Positions 40,708-51,379 of a stretch of 64,000 nt of DNA are shown piece by piece. Both the position numbers and the translations under genes were made by a program. The stretch is from Alphaproteobacteria bacterium (GTDB lineage Bacteria; Pseudomonadota; Alphaproteobacteria; CAAHEQ01; UBA3637), in the NCBI GenBank assembly GCA_045605805.1, contig JAZUQR010000021.1:85336-149335 (forward strand), written 5' to 3'. Under the pieces are notes generated by a model. That model did not search any database. It was not told where the DNA came from and worked only from the letters and a program-made list of their open reading frames with translations. Each line of letters starts with the position of its first letter. Within the stretch, counting starts at the first letter, position 1.

Positions 40708-41814
40708 CTAACCATCTTCAAGATGCAACAAAGCCGACAAACACAAGGGAATACAAATCAATGCCGGCCCCCAAGCTGCCAACACATAAGGCAAACTGCC
40801 CGACAAGCCCAACACATTGGTAATGCGTGACACAAAATACAGCAAGAATCCACACCCAATGGCCATCAAAACCTTCATAAAAGTCTTTCCTTGCCGATTA
40901 CCGGACGACACTGTCACAGTCACCGCAATCATCAACATAGACAGCAAAAACACCGGAAAGGCAATCAGCTCGTGAAAATACATGGCATGCTGTTCCACAG
41001 AAAAGCCCGAATCCTTCAAAAAGCGAATGAACTTTGGAAAACGCCAAAACGACATTGTTTGCGGATCATCAAACTTTTCTAAAATACGATCCAAACTCAA
41101 TTCGGTTGAAAATGTCTTTTGCTCTTGAATCATTGTTTCTTGCAACGGATTTAACACAAAAGCATCCGACATAAACATTTGGCCTTTTTCCAAGAAGGCT
41201 GTCTCACCTTCCGTTTGTTGCAACAACACCCCCTGCTCGTTCAATTCAAACACAGAAACATTTTTCAAAAGAACCTGTTTCTTTTCCTGAACAATTTGGG
41301 ATGCCCTTAAAACCTGAACCCCGTTGGGTGTTTGCTCACGCAACCAAAAGCCATCCTCCGACCATACCAAAGGTGTAGAATGTGTAAAGCCCAAATTCTC
41401 CTCCATACGTTCATAGCGTCTGGCAGTCCAAGCCGTCACCGGACTCAACACCAATGTATCCATCATTCCAATCATCAGCACCACAATCACCAGAGGAGTT
41501 AAGATGTTCCACACCGAAAGCCCTACAGCCCGCATCACAATCAACTCGCTGGACCGATTAAACAGCAAACAAAAAATGATTCCGGATAACAAAATCACAA
41601 ACGGCAAAACAATATGCATCATTTGGGGCGATTTTAATACAGCCATCATTAAGGCATCAAAAAAGCCGGCTGTTTCGCCTTTTGCTGCCTGACGCAACAG
41701 CTCAATCAAATCAAACAAACCCACAACAATCGCTAAAATAAGCAGCGTTGCGATAAAAATCTTCAAAAAGTTTTTAATTGTGTATTGTGTTAAAATCCAT
41801 TTCATGTAGGCCAT
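40708..41814 (-). CDS. lptG: LPS export ABC permease, LptG/LptF family
   Basis: SELIVMRAVGLSVW, GFWLRE, DPQTMSFW, HLEDG C-terminus. Confidence 0.85.
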   Translation of the reverse strand: MAYMKWILTQYTIKNFLKIFIATLLILAIVVGLFDLIELLRQAAKGETAGFFDALMMAVLKSPQMMHIVLPFVILLSGIIFCLLFNRSSELIVMRAVGLSVWNILTPLVIVVLMIGMMDTLVLSPVTAWTARRYERMEENLGFTHSTPLVWSEDGFWLREQTPNGVQVLRASQIVQEKKQVLLKNVSVFELNEQGVLLQQTEGETAFLEKGQMFMSDAFVLNPLQETMIQEQKTFSTELSLDRILEKFDDPQTMSFWRFPKFIRFLKDSGFSVEQHAMYFHELIAFPVFLLSMLMIAVTVTVSSGNRQGKTFMKVLMAIGCGFLLYFVSRITNVLGLSGSLPYVLAAWGPALICIPLCLSALLHLEDG

Positions 41815-41880
41815 TATAAGCGATTTTTGCGGGATTGTCATCAAAAAAAACATAAAAATACATTTTTCTTAAAAAAAAGA

Positions 41881-41909
41881 TTGACATTTGAAAAGAAGTA
41901 AGATAAAAT
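41881..41909 (+). promoter_or_regulatory. Sigma70 promoter of tRNA-Lys
   Basis: TTGACA-17-TAAAAT. Confidence 0.8.
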
Positions 41910-41927
41910 ACTACCCATACCGCAAAA

Positions 41928-42003
41928 GAGTGCGTAGCTCAGCTGGTAGAGCACCTGACTTTTAATCAGGTGGCCGAGGGTTCGAATCCCTCCGCGCTCA
42001 CCA
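41928..42003 (+). tRNA. tRNA-Lys(TTT)
   Basis: GAGTGCGTAGCTCAG..CCTGA-CTTTTAA-TCAGG..GGTTCGAATCC..GCGCTCACCA, followed by terminator AAGTCCTTGA-TTT-TCAAGGACTT. Confidence 0.97.
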
Positions 42004-42140
42004 TTTATAAGTCCTTGATTTTCAAGGACTTTTTTTGTTTTTTCGGTATGCAAGCTTTGGTGCTACCCATCTTCCAGAAAGTCCTTTAATTCCATGCACT
42101 TATAAAATTGGCACTTGCATAAAATCTATATCTCATCCCC

Positions 42141-42173
42141 CTGTGATGCAAAGTGTGATGCAACTGTGATGCA
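42141..42173 (+). repeat. Three tandem TGTGATGCA repeats
   Basis: Starts at 42142, 42154, 42165; related cluster at 44773-44815. Confidence 0.8.
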
Positions 42174-42382
42174 TTCTTTCCACTACTTTAATCCATAAAC
42201 GTAAAAGAAAAAATAAATTTACTTTGTTTTGATGAAACACACCATCTCAAAAAAGAGTGGCAGAAGGAGTTGGTGAATTAGGAAACAACCGCAACCAGTG
42301 TAATCAATGTGGTGGCACCACCAACGAAGATACTCATACCTGCAAATTCTGATAAAGCAATCACCAGCAAAACCGACGATTT

Positions 42383-43033
42383 TTAAATTCTTAAGGGCTT
42401 TTGATTTTTAATATATCGTTCAGCCATTATCATAACTTTCAAGTAATAGCCAGAAATATCAACTCTATCATGGTAAGAACAGAACTCCTTTTTGGTAATA
42501 GTCCGAGATTCTGTTTGATATATTTTACCATCCCATATCTTGCCCTCAACATTTACAGATTCTACAACATCTGCAAAAAGGTCCATCGCTTCATTGATAT
42601 CCATTGCAAAAATACCAGTCACCTCTCCTTCTTGTAATTCAAAATCCGCTAGGCTATTTTCTGTTTTGGCCATGTATATGTGACAAAATTCATGATTGAT
42701 ATAAGTCCCCTGTATAATAACATTTCTGTTGATTCCCAAAAAAGTCTTATCCGTTAGATTCAGATTTTTTCCCAACTCCTCCTCTGCTTCACGAAATCCA
42801 TCTATAGGCTTTTCGCCAGAGGATAAATGTCCACTTGCTGAAGCATCAAAAGTATTTGGTCCAATTCTGTTTTTAGGTCCTCTTAACTGCAAAAAAATCT
42901 TATTCTCTTTGGGATTTACCAACCAACATGCAAAGGTCTGATGCCACAATCCTTGTTGATGAATCACATCTATTGTTGTCACAAAAGGTTCCTGTGGTCT
43001 AAACTCTTCATCGAAAATATCTATGTTCTCCAT
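42383..43033 (-). CDS. NUDIX hydrolase (IPP-isomerase-like)
   Basis: GLWHQTF, LQLRG, SGHLSSGE...REAEEELG. Confidence 0.88.
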   Translation of the reverse strand: MENIDIFDEEFRPQEPFVTTIDVIHQQGLWHQTFACWLVNPKENKIFLQLRGPKNRIGPNTFDASASGHLSSGEKPIDGFREAEEELGKNLNLTDKTFLGINRNVIIQGTYINHEFCHIYMAKTENSLADFELQEGEVTGIFAMDINEAMDLFADVVESVNVEGKIWDGKIYQTESRTITKKEFCSYHDRVDISGYYLKVMIMAERYIKNQKPLRI

Positions 43034-43203
43034 GATCTCTCCTTCCGTATGCAAGACATTGTATCACGTTTATGTGTAAATTTCTATCATTTTTCAGTTT
43101 AAATGCAAATTATTAAAAATTGGTTAATTTTTGTTGATTTTTGTTTCAAAAATGTGTATAATACACCAACCATAAGTTTATCTTTTTGAGAAAGGAGCTT
43201 TCT

Positions 43204-43692
43204 ATGTTACTCAATTCTGCAAAAAATACAGACTGGAAACTCATTAATTATAGAACTGTTGGGGACTTAATTACAGCCGAATTTTTACATGATCTTTACA
43301 ACCAAGCTGAAATAGAATTAAATCCTGTTCATTTTCGCAATACGATGTGTGTTGTAGAAAATGGGATGTTTAAAAGTTACGCTCCACAAGAAGAATGGAA
43401 TACCTTGGCAGAAGTACTGGGAGAAAATCTTATCCACAACCCAGACACAAGAAATGGCTTTTCTACCTATCTGGAAAGATCTCAAAAAGATTTGATTGAG
43501 CTTATTGATACACTCAAAAAACGCTATACACAGCCAACAAAACCCATTTCGGGAAAGGATACTTTTTATGACTTATCCCGTTTACATTTTTTGGCCTTAG
43601 ACAGAATTTATGCCATCAATTTAGTTCAATTTGAACATGCCCTAGGGTATGCCATTGATAAAATGCTCTGTTTCACCAAACCGTTCCTTTGA
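43204..43692 (+). pseudogene. Hypothetical protein, probably C-terminally truncated
   Basis: AAGGAG RBS, 162 aa, ends abruptly among other fragments. Confidence 0.4.
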
Positions 43693-43807
43693 TGTTTGCA
43701 ATAGCTCACCCTCACACGAAATCGTATCTTCTGTTTTAACGAGTGAATGTTGATTAAACACAAATTCTTTCTTAAATTCTTGAAAAGCCAAGAACTCATC
43801 TTTTATA

Positions 43808-44014
43808 CTATCTAACATATTCTCCCCTCCCTAATTGTTGAAATATTACCAATTGATTGAATTCGAGGGCATCTTTTTTATACTCATCCCATCTAGGGTT
43901 TGTGCATTTTTTAATAATTTGTTCCGCCTGTTGTGCGCCAGTTAAATCGACAGCTTCTTCTGCTTTTGATGTACAGGCGAATAATAACAAAACTGCGAGT
44001 AATAATTGTTTCAT
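43808..44014 (-). pseudogene. Short exported/lipoprotein fragment
   Basis: MKQLLLAVLLLFAC signal peptide; only 68 aa. Confidence 0.4.
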
Positions 44015-44175
44015 GATGTTTATTCTAAATCTCGAAAAAGAAAATGTCAATAACTATTAAAGAGACTAAATAAAATATACAAGCAAAGTCATCGTGAAAA
44101 TATGCCTGTGGATAGGTACAAAGCTATTCGAAAATTTTATGAAGATGCTGAACGTGAAATGCAGAGGAAAGAAAA

Positions 44176-44685
44176 CTACGGTTTCTGGGAATAGAGAAAA
44201 TAGTACATAGTTTTTTTATAATTCAATTTCTTTACCGGACCACAGTTGTGGTTCGGTAAATCTTTTTTATCAACAGCCCATACTTTGGGTACTTTTTGAG
44301 GGAATGGAAGTTTTTCTGTTTCTTCTAGCATAATCAAACATTCCTGTTCATTGGAAAAGGAGTCCTCATCCCATTGGATAGAAGTATAACGCGAATAATC
44401 ACACGTTTTTTGGTAACAACATCTTAAAACAATGTATGTTTCTTCATTTTCTAATAATTCGCATGGATAAGTTTGTTTCGCTGGATATAGTAATTTAACT
44501 TTTCCGTTTTCATCGTTATAAACGGTAGTGATAGAATTTGGCGTCACAAACTCATCATGGGGTTGTCCTCCACCAACAGGCATTCTTTGATAAAAAATAG
44601 GATTTCTGAACCTCACTTCTTCTTTGGGCTGAAAAAGTGAACAGGCAGTCAAACTTAATAATAAAATCATTACAAGTTTCTTCAT
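44176..44685 (-). CDS. Hypothetical lipoprotein
   Basis: MKKLVMILLLSLTAC lipobox. Confidence 0.7.
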   Translation of the reverse strand: MKKLVMILLLSLTACSLFQPKEEVRFRNPIFYQRMPVGGGQPHDEFVTPNSITTVYNDENGKVKLLYPAKQTYPCELLENEETYIVLRCCYQKTCDYSRYTSIQWDEDSFSNEQECLIMLEETEKLPFPQKVPKVWAVDKKDLPNHNCGPVKKLNYKKTMYYFLYSQKP

Positions 44686-45392
44686 GAAGAACAGTTTAAT
44701 TGTTTTATAAAAAACTGTCAAGAATTACAAAAAAATTTTTTGGGATTGGTAAATGGACGTGTACGAATTATGTGTGATGCGATACAATAAAAACTGTGAT
44801 ACAAAGTGTGATACATTAATTTGAATAAGTCGTCTGAAAGGGCGACTTTTTCTTTTATTTGCAATAGCTTTTACCAGTTCAATTGGTCTCAACACAAAAA
44901 ACATCAATTTTCGTGGGCAATCGAACTCACAATCTTGAAAGTTGCTGATTTGTTTACATTTCACATTTTAGGCGCTGTTTGATAGCCTCCATGACATTCG
45001 AACTTTTAGAGCTGATTTTAAGCACAATTTAAGTACGGGCTGGCAGGTGGCGGCCGGCTGCTATCTGAAACATAAACAGCCTTTGGATCAGTTCAGATTA
45101 CACGCATCAAAAATGGCTCAAAACTGACAAAAAACGCGTCTTCAGGAAGTTTTGGTAACGTTGACGACAGCATTTTTCACTAGAAAGTGTCATCGGTGTC
45201 AACTTTTAGATTTTGGTACTTTTTTGAACAAAGCTCATTAAGTATTCATTGATAACTTCATAAAAACAATCAGAGCAATGATTGTTTTTACCTCGTTATC
45301 CTACCCTGTTTTTATCCCTTTGAGAGCCACCAAATGTACAGTGATAAAAAATAACCCCAGCCGAAACTGAGGTTAAAATTTAAGGCATAGAC

Positions 45393-48300
45393 TTAAAACT
45401 TAACTTTCATCCCTGTTTTGGCCGATGTCCTAGCCTCTTTGTCAATGTAGGAAATGAGAGAGCCATAGAGCGATAAATCACGATAGACATAATCAAATCC
45501 AGCCCGAATCACACCACGATTGTCAGAACGCTTTTCATCACGCAAGGTGAATGCCCCGTCCATACCATTCATGCCAACTTTGACACGGTACGGATCTGCA
45601 AATTCATGATAGGCTGCCATACCTGCGGTCAATTTCAAAGTTGTATCTTTATCCAGTTCTTCTTCACGCATGGCATACAAACCGATACCGCCTTCCACAG
45701 ACAAGGTATTTTGGCTTTGGATATTGAGAGCGTAGTCCTTATCTTCTTCGTGTCCCCGCTGTTGATAGCCCAAGATATTAAATTCAGCTGATGGCTCTAA
45801 CTTCCATTTACCAACAGTAATCGGGTATCTGGCTTCATTCATCAAACCGAACACACGCTTTTCAATCGTGCCATCATAACTTGTGCCATCAAAGCCACTG
45901 CGGTCATAGGTGCCACGGGCATATCCGATACGGGGTGAAGTCACCAAATTAAAGCCACCTGCCTGATATCCCCATGGCAGAATCAACTGATAGGATGTTT
46001 CATGACGGTCGTTATCCTCATGGGTATCATCAGAACGCACATCCGTAAAGGCAATCCCCAGACCGATAGATTTATTCCCATCACGTTTGTTAAACAAACT
46101 ATATCTGGCATTGGAGCCTGTATCGCCCTTAAAGGCCATCGGACTCACCGAACCCGCCAAGGTAAAGTGTTGCTCTTTATTATGGAACAATTTTTCATTC
46201 ATATCATAGTTGAGTTCCCGCATCATGGTCATATCTTCAAAGTTAAAGCGACTGAGCATATCCCGACCTGTCAGTTTATTCAAGCTGTTGGTCAAAGCCC
46301 CCATATTGCCAAAGCTTTTTAACTTATTAAAGAATGCTTCGTTGTTCCCCAAGGCGTAGTTTTTGCTCAAGAAATTCGACAAACTCTTATTACTGGTCGC
46401 AGTATCAAAACGCTTCATTGTCATCACAACATCTTTCCCATTTTCCGCCAATTTTGCATCAAACAGGGCTGATTCTGATACCAATTTTAGGCCTGTGGTA
46501 TCAGCAGCAGAAATCATATCCTTTTCCGTGTAAGTTGTATTAAACCCATTTTTGACAATATCCGAACTGATGTTTAATTTCCCTGTCATTTCATTTTGTG
46601 AGATAAACTTTGCGTTTGATTTAGCAACTACATCTCCGCCTGTTTTATCAAAATTTATAGATGAAGCAGATAACGTGCCAACATTCACAAGGGAGGCTCC
46701 ATTTAGATAAATGAAATTTTCCAATGCACCATTTCCCTTATAAACATAATCGCCAATCTGAATACTGCCCGTGTTGTAAACTGTAGTTCCGTTTTCGGCA
46801 TAAATACCATATGCGTTTTCTGTCCCATTAATGATGATAGATCCCGTATTAACAACATTTCCACCTTTTGCATAAATACCAACAGCTAAATTGGCATTTG
46901 ATGTATTGTTTAAGGTAATTGTACCAGAATTCAATACATTTGTATCATTACCAGCGGAGAAAATACCGATAGCGCTACCCGTTCCTGTATTATTGATTGT
47001 AATAATACCTGAATTATAGATTGCTGCACCATTATTATACATACCGACTGCTGTTCCGGAACCCGTATTTGTCATATAAATTGCATTATTTGCATATGGC
47101 ATACTAGCACCTTTTGCAATAAGCGTTTCATTAGAGACCTGCTGTGCATTATTTCCAAACAGAGCATAAGAATTACCACTTCCCGTATTGGTAATTTGTA
47201 TAATTCCTTGAGAATTCAAATATTCTGATATAGTATCTGCATATACGGTATGTACATTTTTATCCCCAAATAAGCCATAAACATTTCCATTACCTTCATT
47301 ATAAATGTCTAACATGCCACGTCCGGCCCATGCAACGTCAATAAAACCGTCATCTAAACCACCTTGAGAATGGACACCATAAACATCACCATTCCCTTTA
47401 TTGTGAATGGAAACCAAGCCTGTTCCGGAGTAAGCCCATGAAATACACATGTTATAAAAATAATCCTTACCAGTGGCCCACATACCGTAGACATCACCAT
47501 TTCCTGTATTATCAATGATAATTTTCCCTCCCTCTTCCGCAGAAGCATTATCCATGTAGGCAATACCGTCACCCCACATACCATAAACATTTTTATCGCT
47601 TTTATTTGTAATGGAAATTAATCCATCACCTCCATCACCATCACCTCCATAACCATCATCTCCATAGCCATCACTACTATTCGTCATTGATGCGTCGATT
47701 TCTCCGCCATTCCAATAAAAACCATACACATTCCTATCTTCAGTATTATCTAAGGAAATTTTTGTACCATTATGAATACTATACTGCCAATAATCTGTTC
47801 CAACCTTTCCGACTAAATCCCCGGACCCGGCCGCAGAGACAGATTTAGATGAAACCCCACCCAAATTCAATGAAAGTGTTGACATTTTGCTATTCAAAGA
47901 AGCCAACGATACTGAGGCAAGAGCTTTTGGAGCCACATTACATGTTGTTCCAGAATATCCCCCTTTACATTCGCACGCACCTGTTTTTATGTTACAAACA
48001 CCATGTTCTCCGCAGCTTGTACTAGTGCAGGCATTGGTTGTTGGGGGGATAGTACACTTTGAACCAGTATATCCTTCCGTACAAATACATGTTTTTGTTA
48101 ATTGGCTATAAGCGCCATGGCGTCCACACTCTTCATCCTCAGAAAGTTCTGGATCTTCACCCAGTAGTTCTGATATTGGGAAACAAAATCCATCAAAACT
48201 TATTTCTCCATCTGGACAACTTCCTCGTGGCCAACATAAACCAGCGACATCTATCTCATCAGAAGTACAATTCCCAGCCCTCCAGCACTCTCCATCCATA

Positions 48301-50231
48301 TAAACATAACCTGTGTCACAATCTCCTTGGGAGTAGCAGTCACCGTCAACAGAAACTTGTCCAGAAGGACAATCGGAGTGCAGTGATAGAACACATACTT
48401 TACCTTCTTCACAAATACAACCCTCTGCTGTTCTTGTCCCAGCAACGGAATGCGAATATGTTGGACATTCATGACAGGCAGGAGCCATTCCAAAATGATC
48501 TGCTGGACATGCCGTCGGATCTTTAATATATTGTCCATCAATTAATAAATAGCCATTGGTATCTTCTGGTTGTTCAATACATGTCGTGCCAGATAAAACA
48601 TATCCACTGTCGCAAGTGCAACTGGACGTCACACCGCTCCCACTTAATTTACATGTGCTACAATCTGTTCCGCTCCAATTACCAGAGCACGAACATGATG
48701 TGGCGTCGCCCCCCGCAGAAGTTCCACCATTTAAACACGCCTGACAACTACTCCCATTATAATATTGAGACGTTGTGCAGGAAATGGGCGCTGTTTCACA
48801 TAAATTACCTGTGTAACCATCTGTGCAAGAACACATAGCATCGCCTGTTTGTTCTCCGTGTCCATTACAATTTGTTACAGCAAAACAGGCAGTATTTGTA
48901 TTTCCCAAATTTGTAAAACCACTGTTGCATTCACAGGTTGTATCACTTCCACCTGAGGAAACAGAATTAGCTGGGCATGACTGACAACTGCTCCCATTCC
49001 AATATTGGTTGGTTGTACAGGAAATTGTTGTTGAATCAATACAAGCATTTCCCGACCTTGTATATCCATCGTCGCAGGCACAATCTGTCACATGTTCCCC
49101 TGAAATAGGGCAAGTGTCACATAAATTCCCTGACCATAAATTTTTACAGGAACATTGGGTTGCACTAACTTGGCTACTTCCATTTTTACAGGCCAATTTT
49201 GTTACACATGCTCCACCAATCAAAGTATGTGTGCTGTCACAACTGCTACAATTTGTGCTGGGGTCATATCCTTCATTGCAGGTACACACACCTGCACCTG
49301 TTTGTGTCCCATTATTACAATTCATTTCAGCGACACAAACACCCCCGATTTTTGTGTGTCCACTGGCACATGTATCGCACAATTTTAATATATCATCACC
49401 AGATTTACATGTTTTGCTATGGGTATAGCCAGTTGGACAAGTGGCGACATAATTTGTTCCACAAGTTGTGGCTGTATTACACAGTTCATCGCCTGTCCAA
49501 CCCGCATTACAGACGCAAGAATCCCCTTTTTGAGAACCATGCGAAGTATTGCAGCCCTTTGTTAGATGGCAGGTATTTGTTCCATATTTGTCATAGTTTT
49601 CGGCACAATCAGAACAATTTTCACCCCTGTATCCTGTGTAGCATTGACAAACACCTTCCGTATTCTTTGAACCATGACCAGAACAAGCAGTAGGGGAGCT
49701 GTGTCCACCACCACCGCCACCACCACCTGCGGCCAAAGCAATCCCGCCACCCACTAAAGCGGCTACCCCAACGCCAATTCCTACCATTGCTGCCGTGGAT
49801 AGACCTGTTTCTGTGGCAATAGTTCCTGTCGTCCCTGCAGTTGCTGCTGTTGCTGTTTGTGTTGAAGCCCCAGCATAGGCAATTTGTCCAGAATTAACTG
49901 CTTGTGCCCAGTTTGCATATCCTTGATTAAACTGTGACACTATTTCTGCAGGAATCTTATTAACACAAGGATGTGCAGTTGTCGCCCCTGCCTGTTTTAG
50001 TATTGCAAAAGCTGAATAATCTTGCCGATAAACGGATTCACAGAGGGCTGAGTTGCCGTATTCGTCTGACATATTCACGGAATGTCCCATGGACTTTAAT
50101 TGTTGTAGGGATAACAAATTACCTTTATGGGCGTGATAATAGAATGCTTGTCGTAGCGTCATCTGAGAGCCTGCAAATGCTTGGGTTGTTAACCCTAAGG
50201 CAATTAGTCCTGCACATATTTTGCTAATCAT
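45393..50231 (-). CDS. Giant autotransporter-like surface protein with ankyrin-like N-domain, EGF/Cys-rich repeats, beta-helix and C-terminal beta-barrel
   Basis: Signal peptide MISK...QAFA after GGAGG; GNSALCES; CSGHG...CQCYTGYRGENC-type repeats; N.G.I.I repeats; terminal GMKVKF. Confidence 0.85.
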   Translation of the reverse strand: MISKICAGLIALGLTTQAFAGSQMTLRQAFYYHAHKGNLLSLQQLKSMGHSVNMSDEYGNSALCESVYRQDYSAFAILKQAGATTAHPCVNKIPAEIVSQFNQGYANWAQAVNSGQIAYAGASTQTATAATAGTTGTIATETGLSTAAMVGIGVGVAALVGGGIALAAGGGGGGGGHSSPTACSGHGSKNTEGVCQCYTGYRGENCSDCAENYDKYGTNTCHLTKGCNTSHGSQKGDSCVCNAGWTGDELCNTATTCGTNYVATCPTGYTHSKTCKSGDDILKLCDTCASGHTKIGGVCVAEMNCNNGTQTGAGVCTCNEGYDPSTNCSSCDSTHTLIGGACVTKLACKNGSSQVSATQCSCKNLWSGNLCDTCPISGEHVTDCACDDGYTRSGNACIDSTTISCTTNQYWNGSSCQSCPANSVSSGGSDTTCECNSGFTNLGNTNTACFAVTNCNGHGEQTGDAMCSCTDGYTGNLCETAPISCTTSQYYNGSSCQACLNGGTSAGGDATSCSCSGNWSGTDCSTCKLSGSGVTSSCTCDSGYVLSGTTCIEQPEDTNGYLLIDGQYIKDPTACPADHFGMAPACHECPTYSHSVAGTRTAEGCICEEGKVCVLSLHSDCPSGQVSVDGDCYSQGDCDTGYVYMDGECWRAGNCTSDEIDVAGLCWPRGSCPDGEISFDGFCFPISELLGEDPELSEDEECGRHGAYSQLTKTCICTEGYTGSKCTIPPTTNACTSTSCGEHGVCNIKTGACECKGGYSGTTCNVAPKALASVSLASLNSKMSTLSLNLGGVSSKSVSAAGSGDLVGKVGTDYWQYSIHNGTKISLDNTEDRNVYGFYWNGGEIDASMTNSSDGYGDDGYGGDGDGGDGLISITNKSDKNVYGMWGDGIAYMDNASAEEGGKIIIDNTGNGDVYGMWATGKDYFYNMCISWAYSGTGLVSIHNKGNGDVYGVHSQGGLDDGFIDVAWAGRGMLDIYNEGNGNVYGLFGDKNVHTVYADTISEYLNSQGIIQITNTGSGNSYALFGNNAQQVSNETLIAKGASMPYANNAIYMTNTGSGTAVGMYNNGAAIYNSGIITINNTGTGSAIGIFSAGNDTNVLNSGTITLNNTSNANLAVGIYAKGGNVVNTGSIIINGTENAYGIYAENGTTVYNTGSIQIGDYVYKGNGALENFIYLNGASLVNVGTLSASSINFDKTGGDVVAKSNAKFISQNEMTGKLNISSDIVKNGFNTTYTEKDMISAADTTGLKLVSESALFDAKLAENGKDVVMTMKRFDTATSNKSLSNFLSKNYALGNNEAFFNKLKSFGNMGALTNSLNKLTGRDMLSRFNFEDMTMMRELNYDMNEKLFHNKEQHFTLAGSVSPMAFKGDTGSNARYSLFNKRDGNKSIGLGIAFTDVRSDDTHEDNDRHETSYQLILPWGYQAGGFNLVTSPRIGYARGTYDRSGFDGTSYDGTIEKRVFGLMNEARYPITVGKWKLEPSAEFNILGYQQRGHEEDKDYALNIQSQNTLSVEGGIGLYAMREEELDKDTTLKLTAGMAAYHEFADPYRVKVGMNGMDGAFTLRDEKRSDNRGVIRAGFDYVYRDLSLYGSLISYIDKEARTSAKTGMKVKF

Positions 50232-50470
50232 AGGAACCTCCCGCATATTATGATATCTAATACCATTGTACATAAACCAACGATTAAATCAACTAATTTT
50301 TTCACTTTTGATAATTTTCTGCTTTTTATGTTTCAAACATCAATAAAATCAATATGAAAGTAGTAATATCAATGACTTTAAGACACTCTTTTACAGGATG
50401 ATTTTTCAAGCTTAGTCACAATCGTTCTATTAAATGAACAAATTTTAACCACTCAAAAGAAAGGAAAAAT

Positions 50471-51091
50471 ATGGAAGTTTATGGTTATATTCGTGTCAGC
50501 TCCAACAAACAAACAGTGGCACATCAACACTTTGAAATTCAAAAATTTGCCAATTTAAATCACCTCAATGTTGATAAATGGATTGAAGAAACGATCAGTA
50601 GTCGTAAAGCACTCAATAAAAGAAAGCTCGGACACCTACTCAAAAACATTCATTCAGGCGATATTTTAATTACCACTGAAATATCACGTCTCGGTCGTTC
50701 ACTGCTTGAAGTGATGCACATTTTGGAAACCTGTCTTAACAAAAGCTGTCAAGTATGGACGATTAAAGAAAACTATCGCCTTGGAAATGATATTCAGTCC
50801 AAAGTGATGGCGTTTGCCTTTGGAATCAGTGCTGAAATAGAGCGACAACTGATTTCACAAAGGACAAAAGCAGCCCTTGAAAATGTGAAAAACAGCGGTA
50901 AAAAGCTCGGTCGTCCATTTTCTGCACAGTCCAAAAAGCTAAAACTGACGAAAAATACGCGTAAAATCCAAAAACTTTTAAGTGCAGGCGTGAGCAAAAA
51001 TAAAATTTCCCAAATCATGGGTGTTCAAAACGCCACCCTCAGACGCTTTCTGAATAGAACAAAATTGAAAGAAAATGAATCAAAAAAGTGA
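50471..51091 (+). CDS. Serine recombinase, Mpi-like DNA invertase/resolvase (copy 3)
   Basis: YGYIRVSS, EISRLGRS, LGNDIQSKVMAFAFGISAEIERQLISQRTK. Confidence 0.92.
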   Translation: MEVYGYIRVSSNKQTVAHQHFEIQKFANLNHLNVDKWIEETISSRKALNKRKLGHLLKNIHSGDILITTEISRLGRSLLEVMHILETCLNKSCQVWTIKENYRLGNDIQSKVMAFAFGISAEIERQLISQRTKAALENVKNSGKKLGRPFSAQSKKLKLTKNTRKIQKLLSAGVSKNKISQIMGVQNATLRRFLNRTKLKENESKK

Positions 51092-51130
51092 CATCAATGA
51101 CACCTTTTCTTTCAGTAGAAATGGAAAAAT

Positions 51131-51379
51131 ATGGTTGCAGCTCATCTGCCTGAGTTGATTAACAAAGCTACACCAGCACAAAAGAGAGAACTTCTGAATC
51201 TTGTGTTGACTGATTGTACAATCAGCGGACAGAAGCTGAATTATAGTTTAAGAAAACCTTTTGACAAGTTCTTGATGTCAAATAAGCCTTCAGATTGGAA
51301 AAGCATCTCAGTTGATGATCTTCCTGATATCAAAGACATCAAGTACAGCGTTGAAAAGATTTCAGAAAGACTAAGCTGA
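51131..51379 (+). pseudogene. Stand-alone C-terminal piece resembling a large serine recombinase
   Basis: QKRELLNLVLTDCTISGQKLNYSLRKPFD; similar to the remnant at 52435-52651. Confidence 0.5.

Noticed and set aside
42004-45390. attR duplicate of the tRNA-Lys 3' end
   Set aside because: No copy of CCGCGCTCACCA found by eye
50232-50470. Invertible promoter between the autotransporter and invertase copy 3
   Set aside because: Only a 7-bp inverted match (AACGATT/AATCGTT) and a GTTC-N8-GAAC palindrome; too weak in AT-rich DNA
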